A stretch of 64,000 nucleotides of DNA, taken from contig CBDCJO010000002.1 of the NCBI GenBank assembly GCA_965217865.1, positions 384,001 to 448,000 on the forward strand, in the 5' to 3' direction. The translations under genes and the position numbers were made by a program. The notes below the pieces were generated by a model. The model ran no database searches. It saw only the letters and a list, made by a program, of their open reading frames with translations, and was not told the origin of the DNA. Positions 28,088 to 38,806 of this stretch are shown here, piece after piece. Position 1 is the first letter of the stretch. Each line of letters opens with the position of its first letter. This DNA is from Candidatus Latescibacterota bacterium. Lineage in GTDB: Bacteria; Latescibacterota; UBA2968; SICM01.

Positions 28088-28990
28088 ATGGAAACGCAAG
28101 GCCTTACGGACGCGCAAATTGAACATTACCGGAAAGAGGGATATCTTGTCGTTCCCGAATTCTTCGGTCCGGAGGCCCTCCAACGGGTTGACGATACCAT
28201 TCGGGAAATCACGGAACAGGCCCTCCAGAGCGATGACTACAGTTCGATTCTCGAGCTAGAACCGGAACCGGTCGACGGGAAGATCATCCCCCGCCGGATC
28301 TACAACCCGTTCGACCAGCACGAGACTTTCCAAGAGATCGCTTCGGACGGCCAACTGCTGGACTGCATGGAGTCCCTGATCGGTCCAAATATTAACCTTC
28401 AACACAGCAAGCTCAACATGAAGCCCCCCCAGGTGGGGTCCGTGGTCGAGTGGCACCAGGATCTGGCTTACATGCCCCATACCAACGACGATCTCGTGAC
28501 GCTCCTGATCTACCTCGATGAGGCGACGGAGGAAAACGGATGTCTTCGCGTCCTTCCCCGCAACCATTCGCATTACTTCGATCACCACACGTCCGACGGC
28601 ATTTTCGCGGGAATGGTCACTGAGGATCTGGACAGCGGGCGATTCGGAAAGCCCATGTCCCTTCCCGCACCTGCCGGGAGTGCCATCTTCATGCACTGCA
28701 TCATGCCGCACAGCTCCTTCCCGAACCGTTCCCCCCATCCGCGCCGCACCCTGATATTCGAATATCGGGCAACGGATTCTTTCCTGATCAATATCGGTGG
28801 GAACAATAAGATTCCGCTGGAGCTATACCGCCTGTTGCGGGGAAAACCGTCACGCTTCGCCCGTTTTGGTGGACCCAGGCCCTATATGCCGAAATATCCG
28901 GAAGACGGGTTTTCGTCCCTGTATACCCTCCAGCAGGAGGCCAAGACCAAGATGGCTAAGCCTGATGCCACCGCAATATCCCCGAATTGA
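28088..28990 (+). CDS. Phytanoyl-CoA dioxygenase (PhyH) family Fe/2OG oxygenase
   Basis: EGYLVV, WHQD, ENGCLRVLP, H.S.PN.S...RR motifs. Confidence 0.9.
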   Translation: METQGLTDAQIEHYRKEGYLVVPEFFGPEALQRVDDTIREITEQALQSDDYSSILELEPEPVDGKIIPRRIYNPFDQHETFQEIASDGQLLDCMESLIGPNINLQHSKLNMKPPQVGSVVEWHQDLAYMPHTNDDLVTLLIYLDEATEENGCLRVLPRNHSHYFDHHTSDGIFAGMVTEDLDSGRFGKPMSLPAPAGSAIFMHCIMPHSSFPNRSPHPRRTLIFEYRATDSFLINIGGNNKIPLELYRLLRGKPSRFARFGGPRPYMPKYPEDGFSSLYTLQQEAKTKMAKPDATAISPN

Positions 28991-29002
28991 TGAGGCGGGA
29001 TC

Positions 29003-29794
29003 ATGGCCGACGGCTACCTGACAGCCGCAAAGGGAATCCGAATTCTCCCCGGGCAATGGCGGCCTCACCATCCATTCGAGCATATCGCGTGGGTGAGCCC
29101 GGCGTGGCCGTGTCAGGACTACCTCTGGCTGGACTTCCCGGAAGCCATCTGGTCCGAACGGGAACTCCTTTTTCTGAGTCATTTCAACCCCAAATGTCCC
29201 GCCTCGTTCGGCGATGAAAAGAAAGCCCCGTGGCGATCCGTTCCCGGGGGAATCGCCTATGAGCGTGTCTTTCCAAACGGCCTGAAGTGTGCAGGCAGTG
29301 TGATACACGTCAAAGGGGACCACGTCGACCTGCGTCTTGATCTTGAGAATCGAGGAGACATCACAATCAAGAACATCAAGCTGCAGACCTGCCTTTACCT
29401 GAGGCCGGTACGTGAACTTTCCGATTTCACGAGTTGCAACAAGCTGGTTCACGTTCCCGGTGGTGGATGGGTGCCCATGGATCGAGCCCTGGAAGCCAGC
29501 AGCAAAAGGGGAACCTACTTCCTGGGCTGGCCCACCTTCCTGGATCAGAGCGGACCTGCACCCGCAGATCTGCCGATGGTCGTCTGCCGATCCAATCAGA
29601 CCTCCCGCCTGGTGTCCCTCACGTGGTTTGAAAATACCTTTTCCCTTCAGAACAACCCAAACCACCCCTGTATGCACGCAGACCCGGCAGTGGGCGATCT
29701 GGATCCGGGAGAAAAGGCTTCGATAAACGGAAAGATCATTTTTTTCGAAGGGACGATCGAGGAATTCGATGACGCGCGTCGGTGGGAATCGTAA
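29003..29794 (+). CDS. Hypothetical protein (beta-sandwich, possibly mutarotase-like)
   Basis: Operonic ORF with WLDFPEAI and NPNHPCMHADP motifs. Confidence 0.6.
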   Translation: MADGYLTAAKGIRILPGQWRPHHPFEHIAWVSPAWPCQDYLWLDFPEAIWSERELLFLSHFNPKCPASFGDEKKAPWRSVPGGIAYERVFPNGLKCAGSVIHVKGDHVDLRLDLENRGDITIKNIKLQTCLYLRPVRELSDFTSCNKLVHVPGGGWVPMDRALEASSKRGTYFLGWPTFLDQSGPAPADLPMVVCRSNQTSRLVSLTWFENTFSLQNNPNHPCMHADPAVGDLDPGEKASINGKIIFFEGTIEEFDDARRWES

Positions 29795-29823
29795 CGCTAA
29801 AATCAGGATCTGAAGAAAGAAAC

Positions 29824-30663
29824 ATGAATCGACTCAAACTTACGTGTCCGGACTTTACCTTTCCTCTGATGCCCCACGACAAGGTTCTGGATCTCATCGC
29901 AACGCTGGGTTTCAAAGGCGCCGACATCGGCTTGTTCGAGCGGCGCTCCCACCTTCAGCCTTCGAGTGAGTTTCGGAGAGTCGGACGGTCCGCACGAAAT
30001 CTCAAAAGAAAATTGGATGACCGGGGGCTCAGAGCGACGGACATCTTTATGCTTCTGGATCCGGACCCGTACGTCTACTCGGTGAATCAACCCCTGCGTA
30101 GCCGTCGGCGAAAAGCACGAGAAGGTTTCCTGAAACAATTGGACTACGCCGATTCCTGCGGCTGTCGTCACGTGACCGGACTCCCCGGCCTGCTGTTTGC
30201 CCGCGAACGTCCCTCGGACGCCTTCAACCGAAGCATCGACGAGCTCGGTTGGTATGTCGAACAGGCAAAATCGAGACGGATCGCATTCGGGGTGGAGCCG
30301 CATTTCGGTTCGGTTATCCCGACCCCCAAAAAAGCCCTTGAACTTGCGAATCGCGTCCCGGGGTTAACCTACACACTGGACTATGGCCATTTCACCATGC
30401 ACGGTCATTCGGACGCAGCAGTGGAACCCCTTGTCAAGCACGCCAGTCACTTCCACCTCCGCGGGGCAAGAAAAAACCGATTGCAAACCTCTTTCAAAGA
30501 AAATTCCATCGATTTCAAACGCGTGATGAAGGCTTTCGGAAAGCGTGGATATCGAGGCTGGATCTGCATCGAATACGTGTGGATGGAGGCGATGGGTTGC
30601 AACAAATGCGATAATATTTCGGAGACAATCCTGTTCCGGGATTTTCTGAGATCGCTGCCGTAA
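29824..30663 (+). CDS. Sugar phosphate isomerase/epimerase (xylose isomerase-like TIM barrel)
   Basis: GVEPH, TLDYGH, HFHLR and ICIEY metal-binding pattern. Confidence 0.85.
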   Translation: MNRLKLTCPDFTFPLMPHDKVLDLIATLGFKGADIGLFERRSHLQPSSEFRRVGRSARNLKRKLDDRGLRATDIFMLLDPDPYVYSVNQPLRSRRRKAREGFLKQLDYADSCGCRHVTGLPGLLFARERPSDAFNRSIDELGWYVEQAKSRRIAFGVEPHFGSVIPTPKKALELANRVPGLTYTLDYGHFTMHGHSDAAVEPLVKHASHFHLRGARKNRLQTSFKENSIDFKRVMKAFGKRGYRGWICIEYVWMEAMGCNKCDNISETILFRDFLRSLP

Positions 30664-30755
30664 AGAGCTTGCCCACGAATCCCTGAATCCGAAGAGCAGA
30701 TGCAGTTCATCCTTATGGAAGCCCCCAGAGAGGGGAGGAAAGGAGAGACAAGGAC

Positions 30756-31886
30756 ATGGCGATTGGGATTGGAATGCTCGGTGCCGGGTTCATCGGTCAA
30801 ATGCATTCCCTGGCGTTCTCTTCGATCGGCCAATCCCGGCGTCAGCCGTCGGTAAAGGCGAGGTTGTTGACGCTCGCAGACCTTAACCGTAGCCTCGCTG
30901 AGGATGCTCAACAACGCTACGGCTGGGAGGCCGTCGAGGAAGATTGGCAGACCGTGGTCAGCGACCCGAATGTCGAGCTGTTTATCAATTCGGGACCGAA
31001 CGACGCCCACGCGGAGCCGACGATTGCGGCCGCGCGCAAGGGGATGACCGTCTTCTCGGAAAAACCGCTCGGACGCACGGCCGATGAGGCATATGCCATC
31101 TGGGATGGGGCCGAGCAGTCCGGGGTGAAGCACATGTGCGCTTACGTACATCGGTTCGTTCCGGCGCTGCAGCTGTTCCGGAATATGGTGGCCGCCGGGG
31201 AGATCGGGCGCGTGCGCCATTTCCGCAGCAACATGCTGATGGACATGCAGCATCCCGACGGAAGCCTTTCGTGGCGCTACAGCAAGAGCGCGGCAGGCGG
31301 TGGCGCAACCGGGGATCTAGGTTCGCATCACATCGATCAAGCCCGATTCCTCGTGGGAGAGGTGCGCCGCGTCGTCGGCCTGGTTAAGAGCTGGAGCAAG
31401 GATTCGAAGGGACTCGTCACGGACGTCAACGACGACTGGTTCCTCGCGGGCGCAGAACTCGACAACGGTGCGACGGCCAGCTTCGAGGCCTCGCGCGTTA
31501 CCGAGGGGCATTCATTGAGCGGACGCATCGAGGTGGATGGCACGAAGGGCACGCTCCGCTGGGAGATGGAGCGGGTGAGCGAATTATTGCATACCGAACC
31601 CCGCAAAGGACCCCGTTTGATAAAGGCCGTGGCCCCCGATCACCCGTACAGCGATTTCTGGTTGCCGGTCGGCATTCAGGGGGCATTCGCCGTCGGGTGG
31701 CGCGACGCATTCTACCACCAGGCACACCACATGCTGGCGGCGATGGACCGGGACAGCACGATTGGTCCGGTCGGTGCCACCTTCGAGGACGGCTACAAAG
31801 TCGCAGAAATCGTCGACACGATTATTCGCTCCGGCGAATCCGGTCGGATGGAGGACGTCACCTTCCGCTCAGCGCCCGCTGCGTGA
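30756..31886 (+). CDS. Gfo/Idh/MocA family oxidoreductase
   Basis: IGMLGAGFIG, SEKPL, GGGATGDLGSHHID. Confidence 0.92.
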   Translation: MAIGIGMLGAGFIGQMHSLAFSSIGQSRRQPSVKARLLTLADLNRSLAEDAQQRYGWEAVEEDWQTVVSDPNVELFINSGPNDAHAEPTIAAARKGMTVFSEKPLGRTADEAYAIWDGAEQSGVKHMCAYVHRFVPALQLFRNMVAAGEIGRVRHFRSNMLMDMQHPDGSLSWRYSKSAAGGGATGDLGSHHIDQARFLVGEVRRVVGLVKSWSKDSKGLVTDVNDDWFLAGAELDNGATASFEASRVTEGHSLSGRIEVDGTKGTLRWEMERVSELLHTEPRKGPRLIKAVAPDHPYSDFWLPVGIQGAFAVGWRDAFYHQAHHMLAAMDRDSTIGPVGATFEDGYKVAEIVDTIIRSGESGRMEDVTFRSAPAA

Positions 31887-31992
31887 GGACGTAACGCGAC
31901 GACGTAGTGATTCGTGATCCCCGGCTTCTAAAGCCGCATCAGAACCGATGCGGCTTTGTCAATTGACAGAAATGCAATAGGGAGGAGTTGTC

Positions 31993-33720
31993 ATGAAACA
32001 GGATCTCTGGTTTTACGACCTGACGCAGTGCGAGCCCGGAAATGCGATTTCCCGGGACGGAAGGGATGGCACCTGGATCGCCGTGGACTATGAAGTCGAA
32101 GACGGGGTGGGGGTCATGCTCTACAGTACGCCCGGTTCCGACGCCCCTCCGCTGAAATTGCGCCTGCACGCCGAGGGCTGGCACGAGATTCGTATTGGCA
32201 TTTACTACTCTGCGGGGGCAGGGCATGTCGGAGACCGCATCCTGTGTGCGAGATTATCCGGAGACCCTGCATTCAGCCGGTTCCGGCCAGAACTCTGTGT
32301 AGGATCGAAAGATGGAGTTTATCCCGAAAAGGTGTTAGGAACCTGGGACATCGCCGAGGCCTTTTGGAAATGCGCGGACCTGAGCGGACAGGACCTGATC
32401 ATCGGCCGGCCGCCGAGAGGCCAGACAGCGGGCTCAGAGACGAACATCGCTTTCGTCCGGTTGGTTCCGATGGATGACGCCGGAATCTCTGCGTGGAAGG
32501 GAGAACAGCCTTCGGAACATACGAAGATTCTCATCGGGAACTATGATGGCGGCAACCGGGGCCAGTGGGGGGTGTCCACGCCTGAGGATTTCCTCGCAGA
32601 GTTCGAGTGTCTGAGAGACAGCGACTTCGATATCGCGCTATATGCTGTGGCGGCCTGCTGCAGAACAGGCTATCCCTCAAAGGTCGGGACTTACGTCCGT
32701 TCCGCACCGTGGGCGATGGAGTGCTGGAAGAACGGGATCGATCCCCTGGCCGAAGCGATTAAAGCGGCGCACGCATGCGGCGTCAAGCTGTTTCCGCAGA
32801 ACCGGCTCGTTGGGCTGAACCTTCCCCCGGTCGGCAACGCAGGGGTCCACGCGGGCGAGTTCATCGCGGAGCATCAGGAGTGGCTCTGCACCTATGGCGA
32901 TGGAAAACCGACGCGCCATCTTTCGATGGCCTTCCAGGGGGTGCGAGACTTCTACGTCAGCATGCTGCGCGAATGGGTGGAGGACTACGAAGCCGATGGA
33001 GTCAATGTCCTGTTCAGCCGGTCCTTTCCGTTCGCCTACTACGAAGAGCCGGTATGTAAAGCATTTCAAGATGAATACGGTGAGGATATGCGGAACCTGC
33101 CCGTAAGCGATGAGAGGGTTCAGCGTACACGTGCGCGCTTCGTGACCCTCTTTCTCCGGGAGGTCCGAACGATGCTCGACGAAGTGGGAAAGGCTCAGGG
33201 GCGATATATCCCGAACTGCTACCTGGTTCCCTTGCACAACTCCCCCACCGATATTCCGGATGAAGCGCGCGAATCATCCCTTGCCGAGTGCCTGTTCAAC
33301 GCCCTGGACGTGCCGGCATGGATCCGGGAGGGCCTGGTCGATTACCTTGTCCTGCATCTGCACATGTACGGAGAGCACGATGGAACCAGCGTTCAGCCCA
33401 AAATCCGGGAGGTCACGGACCTGGCCAAAGGAACCCGTACAAAGGTACACGTGGACATTTATCCTCGACGAATGCCCCCCCGTCAGTACCGGAAAATCGC
33501 GATAAGCTACTACGATGCGGGCGCCGACGGCCTGGCCTTCTGGGACTCCTATAACCGCTACTTCCGGGCAAGCGAATGGGCCTTTGTCAAGCGACTGGGT
33601 CATCGGGATGACCTGCCGGGATGGGAGGGCAAGGGGGATGACAACTATCGAGTCGTGCCGCTGAAGAGCCTTGACGGATTCCCGATGGGACGTGAATATT
33701 CCGGACCGACGGATGGATAA
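31993..33720 (+). CDS. GHL10-like (family 10 glycosyl hydrolase-like) TIM-barrel protein with N-terminal beta module
   Basis: DPLAEAIKAAHACGVK, LSMAFQGVRDF, YEADGV...F.R, LDVPAWIREGLVD, GADGLAFWD. Confidence 0.7.
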   Translation: MKQDLWFYDLTQCEPGNAISRDGRDGTWIAVDYEVEDGVGVMLYSTPGSDAPPLKLRLHAEGWHEIRIGIYYSAGAGHVGDRILCARLSGDPAFSRFRPELCVGSKDGVYPEKVLGTWDIAEAFWKCADLSGQDLIIGRPPRGQTAGSETNIAFVRLVPMDDAGISAWKGEQPSEHTKILIGNYDGGNRGQWGVSTPEDFLAEFECLRDSDFDIALYAVAACCRTGYPSKVGTYVRSAPWAMECWKNGIDPLAEAIKAAHACGVKLFPQNRLVGLNLPPVGNAGVHAGEFIAEHQEWLCTYGDGKPTRHLSMAFQGVRDFYVSMLREWVEDYEADGVNVLFSRSFPFAYYEEPVCKAFQDEYGEDMRNLPVSDERVQRTRARFVTLFLREVRTMLDEVGKAQGRYIPNCYLVPLHNSPTDIPDEARESSLAECLFNALDVPAWIREGLVDYLVLHLHMYGEHDGTSVQPKIREVTDLAKGTRTKVHVDIYPRRMPPRQYRKIAISYYDAGADGLAFWDSYNRYFRASEWAFVKRLGHRDDLPGWEGKGDDNYRVVPLKSLDGFPMGREYSGPTDG

Positions 33721-33843
33721 GATAAACTGTCGCACCCAGGCGTGGGATGTGGAACGGGGGGGCCATCTGGCGTCACGCCTTTCCTGTCTCACGTTTGCCG
33801 TTTCACGTCTCACGTTTGACGAATCTTAAATGCGAGACAACAT

Positions 33844-35295
33844 ATGAAGTCCAGAAAATCGAACAGGAAGGGCCCGCTGTGGATCGACTCGCGCCTGGAG
33901 CTGTTCGTGGACGACTATCTCATCGATCGCACGAGAGGCGTACGTCTCGTGCTCCAGAGGCCCATTGACGCGGGCAGGATGATCGACTTCAACCAACCCT
34001 GGGAGGGGCGCCACAGCCTCGTCCTCTGCTTTATCGAAGAACAAGGCAAGTTCCGGATCTACTACCGGGCTGGAATGTATGGATCAAAAACACCCTTCCA
34101 TCTCTGCTGTGCCGAAAGCACCGACGGCGTTCACTGGACAAAGCCGAATCTCGGGATCCATACGTTTTCCGGAAAAAAGAGAAACAACATCACCTATCTG
34201 GAAGACCACTTCTTTTGCTTCAAGGATAAGAACCCCGGCGAACCCCCTCGAAGACGCTACAAGGGGCTGAATTACGTTCGCGCCAATTCCGGCGCAGTAG
34301 GTGTAGGGACGCTGATTTCTTCCGACGGGCTACGATGGAAACGGTGGCGCAGGGAGCCGGTCATCACAGGAGGTCCCCTGGACACGATGACAACGGCCAT
34401 GTGGGATTCGAGGCGCGGGCACTACCTGGGTTATACGCGCAACTGGGTGACCACGGAAAAGGGCTTCGCAATCCCGCCGGAGCTGGACGCGCGCCCTGAG
34501 AAATACCATCTATGGTATAAACAGCGGAACCGGGTGCGGGCCATTACGTGGATGACATCGAAGGACTTTCTAAACTGGTCCCCGCAGGAGTGGGTCGTTT
34601 ACAATGAGGGAACCCCGATCGAGCATCTCTACACGAACTCGATCGCTCCCTATTTCCGAGCGCCGCACATCCAGACCGCGTTTCCGATGCGATACGTCCC
34701 CGACCGGAGTATCATCCCGGGGTGGGAGGGCAGCGCACCGGCCCGTTCCCACGGGTGCTCCGATGCGGTCTTTATGAGCAGCCGGGACGGGCTCCACTGG
34801 GATCGTCGCTTCCTGGAGGCCTTCATCCGTCCGGGCCTGGACCAGGGCAACTGGACGGATCGAAATCTGATCATCGCGCCCGGCGTGATCCGGACAGGCC
34901 CTGGAGAGATGTCCGTCTACTACACGGGCCACTATGGCCACGACGATTGCCATATGCGGCGAGGCGTTTTCAGGCTCGACGGCTTTGTTTCGGCGAGCGC
35001 CGATTACCGGGGTGGCGAGTTGCTCACCAAACCCCTGGTCTTTTCAGGGAAGGAGCTGGTAATCAACTATTCAACGTCGGCCGTGGGCAGCATCCGGGTA
35101 GAAATTCGGGATGAGGAGGGCCATCCGATAAAGGGATTCTCGCTTCGGGATGCTGCTGAAACCGTCGGAGACCGAATCGAAGGCCTGGTATTCTGGAAGG
35201 ACAGCCCTGACGTCAGCTCTTTAGCCGGAGTGCCGGTGCGCCTTCGGTTTGTCCTCAAGGACGCAGATCTCTATGCAATCCGATTCCGCGAGTAA
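33844..35295 (+). CDS. Five-bladed beta-propeller glycoside hydrolase-like protein
   Basis: ELFVDDYLID, AESTDGVHWTKP, SSDGLRW, SRDGLHW, RLDGFVS, DADLYA. Confidence 0.7.
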   Translation: MKSRKSNRKGPLWIDSRLELFVDDYLIDRTRGVRLVLQRPIDAGRMIDFNQPWEGRHSLVLCFIEEQGKFRIYYRAGMYGSKTPFHLCCAESTDGVHWTKPNLGIHTFSGKKRNNITYLEDHFFCFKDKNPGEPPRRRYKGLNYVRANSGAVGVGTLISSDGLRWKRWRREPVITGGPLDTMTTAMWDSRRGHYLGYTRNWVTTEKGFAIPPELDARPEKYHLWYKQRNRVRAITWMTSKDFLNWSPQEWVVYNEGTPIEHLYTNSIAPYFRAPHIQTAFPMRYVPDRSIIPGWEGSAPARSHGCSDAVFMSSRDGLHWDRRFLEAFIRPGLDQGNWTDRNLIIAPGVIRTGPGEMSVYYTGHYGHDDCHMRRGVFRLDGFVSASADYRGGELLTKPLVFSGKELVINYSTSAVGSIRVEIRDEEGHPIKGFSLRDAAETVGDRIEGLVFWKDSPDVSSLAGVPVRLRFVLKDADLYAIRFRE

Positions 35296-35335
35296 GATTT
35301 TTCACGCCGATGTAAACAATTAAACCATTCGAACT

Positions 35336-35723
35336 TCCCCTCTCCCGGCACCCGGGAGAGGGGTGCCGAGCTTGCGAGGCGGGGTGAGGGAGCAAACGGC
35401 GACTCCCCTGCTCCAACTCGATCTGTGGGTTTAGCGGGCCTTTAGAATTACAACTGCCACTGCTACTGCCAGTGCTACTGTCTTTCCGCTTCACGTTCTT
35501 TAGTTCCGGAAATCCCGAACCGGGCGGGGGTAGGAGCCAGCCTTGTCCTGAGCGAAGCCGAAGGATCTGCTGGCGAACGGGGATTTTCCTTTTTGCTGAC
35601 GCCATAGTTCTCCGATTGGAGTCGAGTCCTACAGAATCAAAGGGGATATCAAACTAAAAATCCAGGGTTTCCGATCCCCGAATCACGATCCACGGGCTTT
35701 CGTCGCCAGGAGGCGGCTCCTAC
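35336..35723. repeat. REP-like palindrome cluster
   Basis: CCCCTCTCCCGG..CCGGGAGAGGGG hairpin. GTAGGAGCC...GGCGAA and the inverted TTCGTC...GGCTCCTAC pair. Confidence 0.6.
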
Positions 35724-35749
35724 CATAATCATTTTCACGAGGCCAATGA

Positions 35750-37331
35750 ATGATGTCTTTACGCGAGCGACAGCGACTAATTATGACCTTTGGCGGCACC
35801 AGCGGGAATGCCCGCGTTCCCGAACAAGCCGAACGTGAGATTCGCTCTCTTGTCCAGTGTTTCGAGGGCTCCCATATCGGGATCATGCAGCGTGGAATCG
35901 GCACCATCAGAGCCTTTCAGAGGTCCGAAGTGCTCGAAGTGTGGGAACCCCTTGAGTCGCTGCTCGAGGCCGGCGTAGACCTCATGGCCGTCTTCGTGGA
36001 CGAGTGTCACCGATGCGGAATCCAGGCCTGGGGGAGCCGTCGGATGAACGACAGTCACCATACGTATTCGGATGAACGACAGTCACCATACGTATAAGGT
36101 ACTGGACGTCGACAGGTACCAGACACGGTTCTACAGGGAACATCCCGAATTGAGGTTGAAATCCCACGGGATAAATCAGGTCTCGGGATCATACGATTGG
36201 AATAAACCGCAGATCGCCGAGCAGAACCTGGCTTTTATGCGAGAGGTTGTCGAGAACTATGACGTGGACGGCATGGACCTGGACTTCACACGCATCCCTC
36301 CCTTTTTCAACCCCGACGAAAAGGCACAGGGACGTGAGGCCATGAACCAGCACGTTCGCGATGTACGGTCAATGCTGGATGAGGTGGGGGTGAAGAAGGG
36401 AAAGTCACTGGGGCTATCCGCGCAGCTATACGCGGAGGACTCCCTGTGGAAACAGTTTGACGCGCACCCCGAGGATGATATCCGGGTGCACTTCAACTCC
36501 GGACTCGACGCGTCCACCTGGGCGCGGGAGGGCTTGCTGGACTACCTGATCGCGCACTGCCGTTCGGACAACCTGTTTGAAATGGGCATCTCGGCCTGGG
36601 GAAAGGCCGTTGAGGGGACAAGCTGCCGACTGGTGGCCGGTCCGGGAAAGCCCGTCCGCTTCAAGTTCGGTCGCGGAGGCCTGATCGACGGATTCCCCGC
36701 CAGCCGGACGAATCGCCTGGAGCACCGGGCCATCGCGCACAGACTCTACGAGCAGGGCGCCGCCGGGGTCTTCTTCTACGACTATGTGATCCGGGAAAAC
36801 GAGCTTCAATGGGGGGTGTTCCGGGAGCTGGGAGATCCGGAACGGATTCGGAACGCCAACAAGACCTACATCTTCCAGATGGCCCTGCCTCTGAATTTGG
36901 GCCTCCCGCCCGAGGGAGGCAAAGCGGAGATGGAGATCGATGTGCCGGACGACATTCCGGCAGCGCTTGCGGAGGGTCATCCGGTGCGTACCAGGCTGCT
37001 GCTCAACATCACGCATCTGTTCACGCCGGACGATATCATGCTTCAGGTCAACGGTCAGGACGTGAAGGTGCGTCGCGAACAGGGTATCACCACGCCGTTG
37101 ACGATCACGGACCATCAGGAGGACAGTCCTCAGTGTCACTTAGAGGCTGTGGTGAATCCCGCGCTGTTTGTGAAAGGCCGTAACAGGTTGAGCCTTAGGC
37201 TTCGGCCTGTGGGGAAGAAGCCTCCGGGATTTAGTCCGCAGCCGAGCGAAGTCCGTAAGGTTGATCTCGAAGTTGAGTATCGCGACGAGACTTATCCCTA
37301 CTGGCTTGCATTGCAGCTGGATCAGCAATAA
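35750..37331 (+). pseudogene. GHL10-like glycosyl hydrolase, frameshifted by a 28-bp tandem duplication
   Basis: TCGGATGAACGACAGTCACCATACGTAT x2 at 36040-36095. RMNDSHH, YDVDGMDLDFTR and GAAGVFFYD motifs. Confidence 0.8.
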
Positions 37332-37409
37332 TTCGGTTGGTGAACTGAGATAAGTCTTAGCCATCGCCGCGATGGCGTACCCAAAGAGAGCGAAAGGGAG
37401 CTGACTGCG

Positions 37410-38516
37410 ATGGAAGAATGGAGAGAAAACTCAAGCAGCGACTGGGACCTGCACGAGCGACGAGTGCGCATCGGCGAATCTGTGACCATCGCCCCGCCGA
37501 CGGGCGGTGGAGGGGAACACATCGCAAAGCTTCCGGATGGCAGCATCATCATCAACGCAAAGGATGAGGAGGGGGCGTACGGCCTGATCTCGTTCGACGA
37601 GGGTCGTACCTGGACAAGGACAGCCGGGCATCACCCACACTGTCTGAAGGACGGTACCATACTGGCCTACGAGGGATTTCCAACGGAGTCGTTAGGAGAT
37701 GGAAAATTTACACACGCGATGTGGCGCGGGAAGGAAACCTTCGCCAGCCTTCGTCCCGAGATGTGCACCGTGTTCGCTCCAAAAGCAGTTCGGGGGACGG
37801 GTGACAATGGGGTGGTTAACGCGATCAAAGGCATGATCATATCCAGTCCCACGATCACGGAACTTCCGGAAGGTCGCCTTCTTGCCACGATGTACGGATG
37901 GTTTGATGAGGATACCGTCCCCAAAACGGATCCCGCATATCAAGGAGGCACGGACAGGGATATACCTCACCTCAAGTACCGAAGCATAGTCGTCGAGTCG
38001 AACGATCGCGGTTTCACCTGGCGATACCTGTCCACGATCGCCGCGCGCCCGTATGGCTTGGAAGGGCCATGCGAACCATCGATGGTGCGGGTGGGGAACG
38101 GAGACCTGATCACAGTCATGCGATTCGGAAGGAGGACGCCCCTCCATCAGGCCAGATCACAGGACAATGGAAAATCCTGGGACCCGCCTCGACCGTTACA
38201 CACCTTCGGCGTCGCCCCCTACATGATCGTGATGAGCGACAACACCGTGGCCTGCGCGTATGGCGTCAAGCCGGATCTCTGGGGCGGCCAGCAGCGCAGG
38301 GAGGCGCGCATTATGTTTTCCTTCGACAGCGGTCATTCGTGGGCAATCGACAAGCTGGTTTACGGCGGTGAAGCGGGATCCTACCCCGGCATATGCGAGA
38401 TCAACCCGGGTGAGCTTCTTTTTTCGTACTGTCCATCGGTCTGGGCCTTGCCCGGCGATTCCACGCCTCCGAAGCGATGCGTTCGTGTGGCCAGAATCAC
38501 CGTGCTTCCGCAATGA
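37410..38516 (+). CDS. Sialidase-like BNR/Asp-box beta-propeller protein
   Basis: Asp-boxes SFDEGRTW, SNDRGFTW, SQDNGKSW, SFDSGHSW; CEP and SYP motifs. Confidence 0.8.
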   Translation: MEEWRENSSSDWDLHERRVRIGESVTIAPPTGGGGEHIAKLPDGSIIINAKDEEGAYGLISFDEGRTWTRTAGHHPHCLKDGTILAYEGFPTESLGDGKFTHAMWRGKETFASLRPEMCTVFAPKAVRGTGDNGVVNAIKGMIISSPTITELPEGRLLATMYGWFDEDTVPKTDPAYQGGTDRDIPHLKYRSIVVESNDRGFTWRYLSTIAARPYGLEGPCEPSMVRVGNGDLITVMRFGRRTPLHQARSQDNGKSWDPPRPLHTFGVAPYMIVMSDNTVACAYGVKPDLWGGQQRREARIMFSFDSGHSWAIDKLVYGGEAGSYPGICEINPGELLFSYCPSVWALPGDSTPPKRCVRVARITVLPQ

Positions 38517-38548
38517 CCTAAGCCCCCCTTCGCCCACGTATAACGATT

Positions 38549-38676
38549 GTAGGGGCGGACCTGTGTGTCCGCCCATCGATAGGATGTGGAGGAATCACCG
38601 GGCGAGGCACCGCCTCGCCCCTACGGGAAATGAACGGTCCGGCATGGTGTAGGGGCACGGCATGCCGTGCCCCTAC
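38549..38676. repeat. GTAG-type REP elements (REPIN/BIME-like)
   Basis: GTAGGGGCGGAC...GTCCGCCC (38549-38574), GGGCGAGGC...GCCTCGCCCCTAC (38600-38624), GTAGGGGCACGGCATGCCGTGCCCCTAC (38649-38676). Confidence 0.8.
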
Positions 38677-38806
38677 GAGGAAATCTGTTTCAAAATATTC
38701 TTAACGAACAAACAAAATTCGGTCATGCACCCCAATAAAAACCAAGACCCACTGCTTCCCATTCTTTATTCTGGCTTCTTTTGTCTGTATTCTTTTTTCA
38801 CGGAGG

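Noticed and set aside
36040-36095. 28-bp direct repeat as a mini CRISPR array
   Set aside because: The copies are directly adjacent with no spacer and lie inside a coding sequence.
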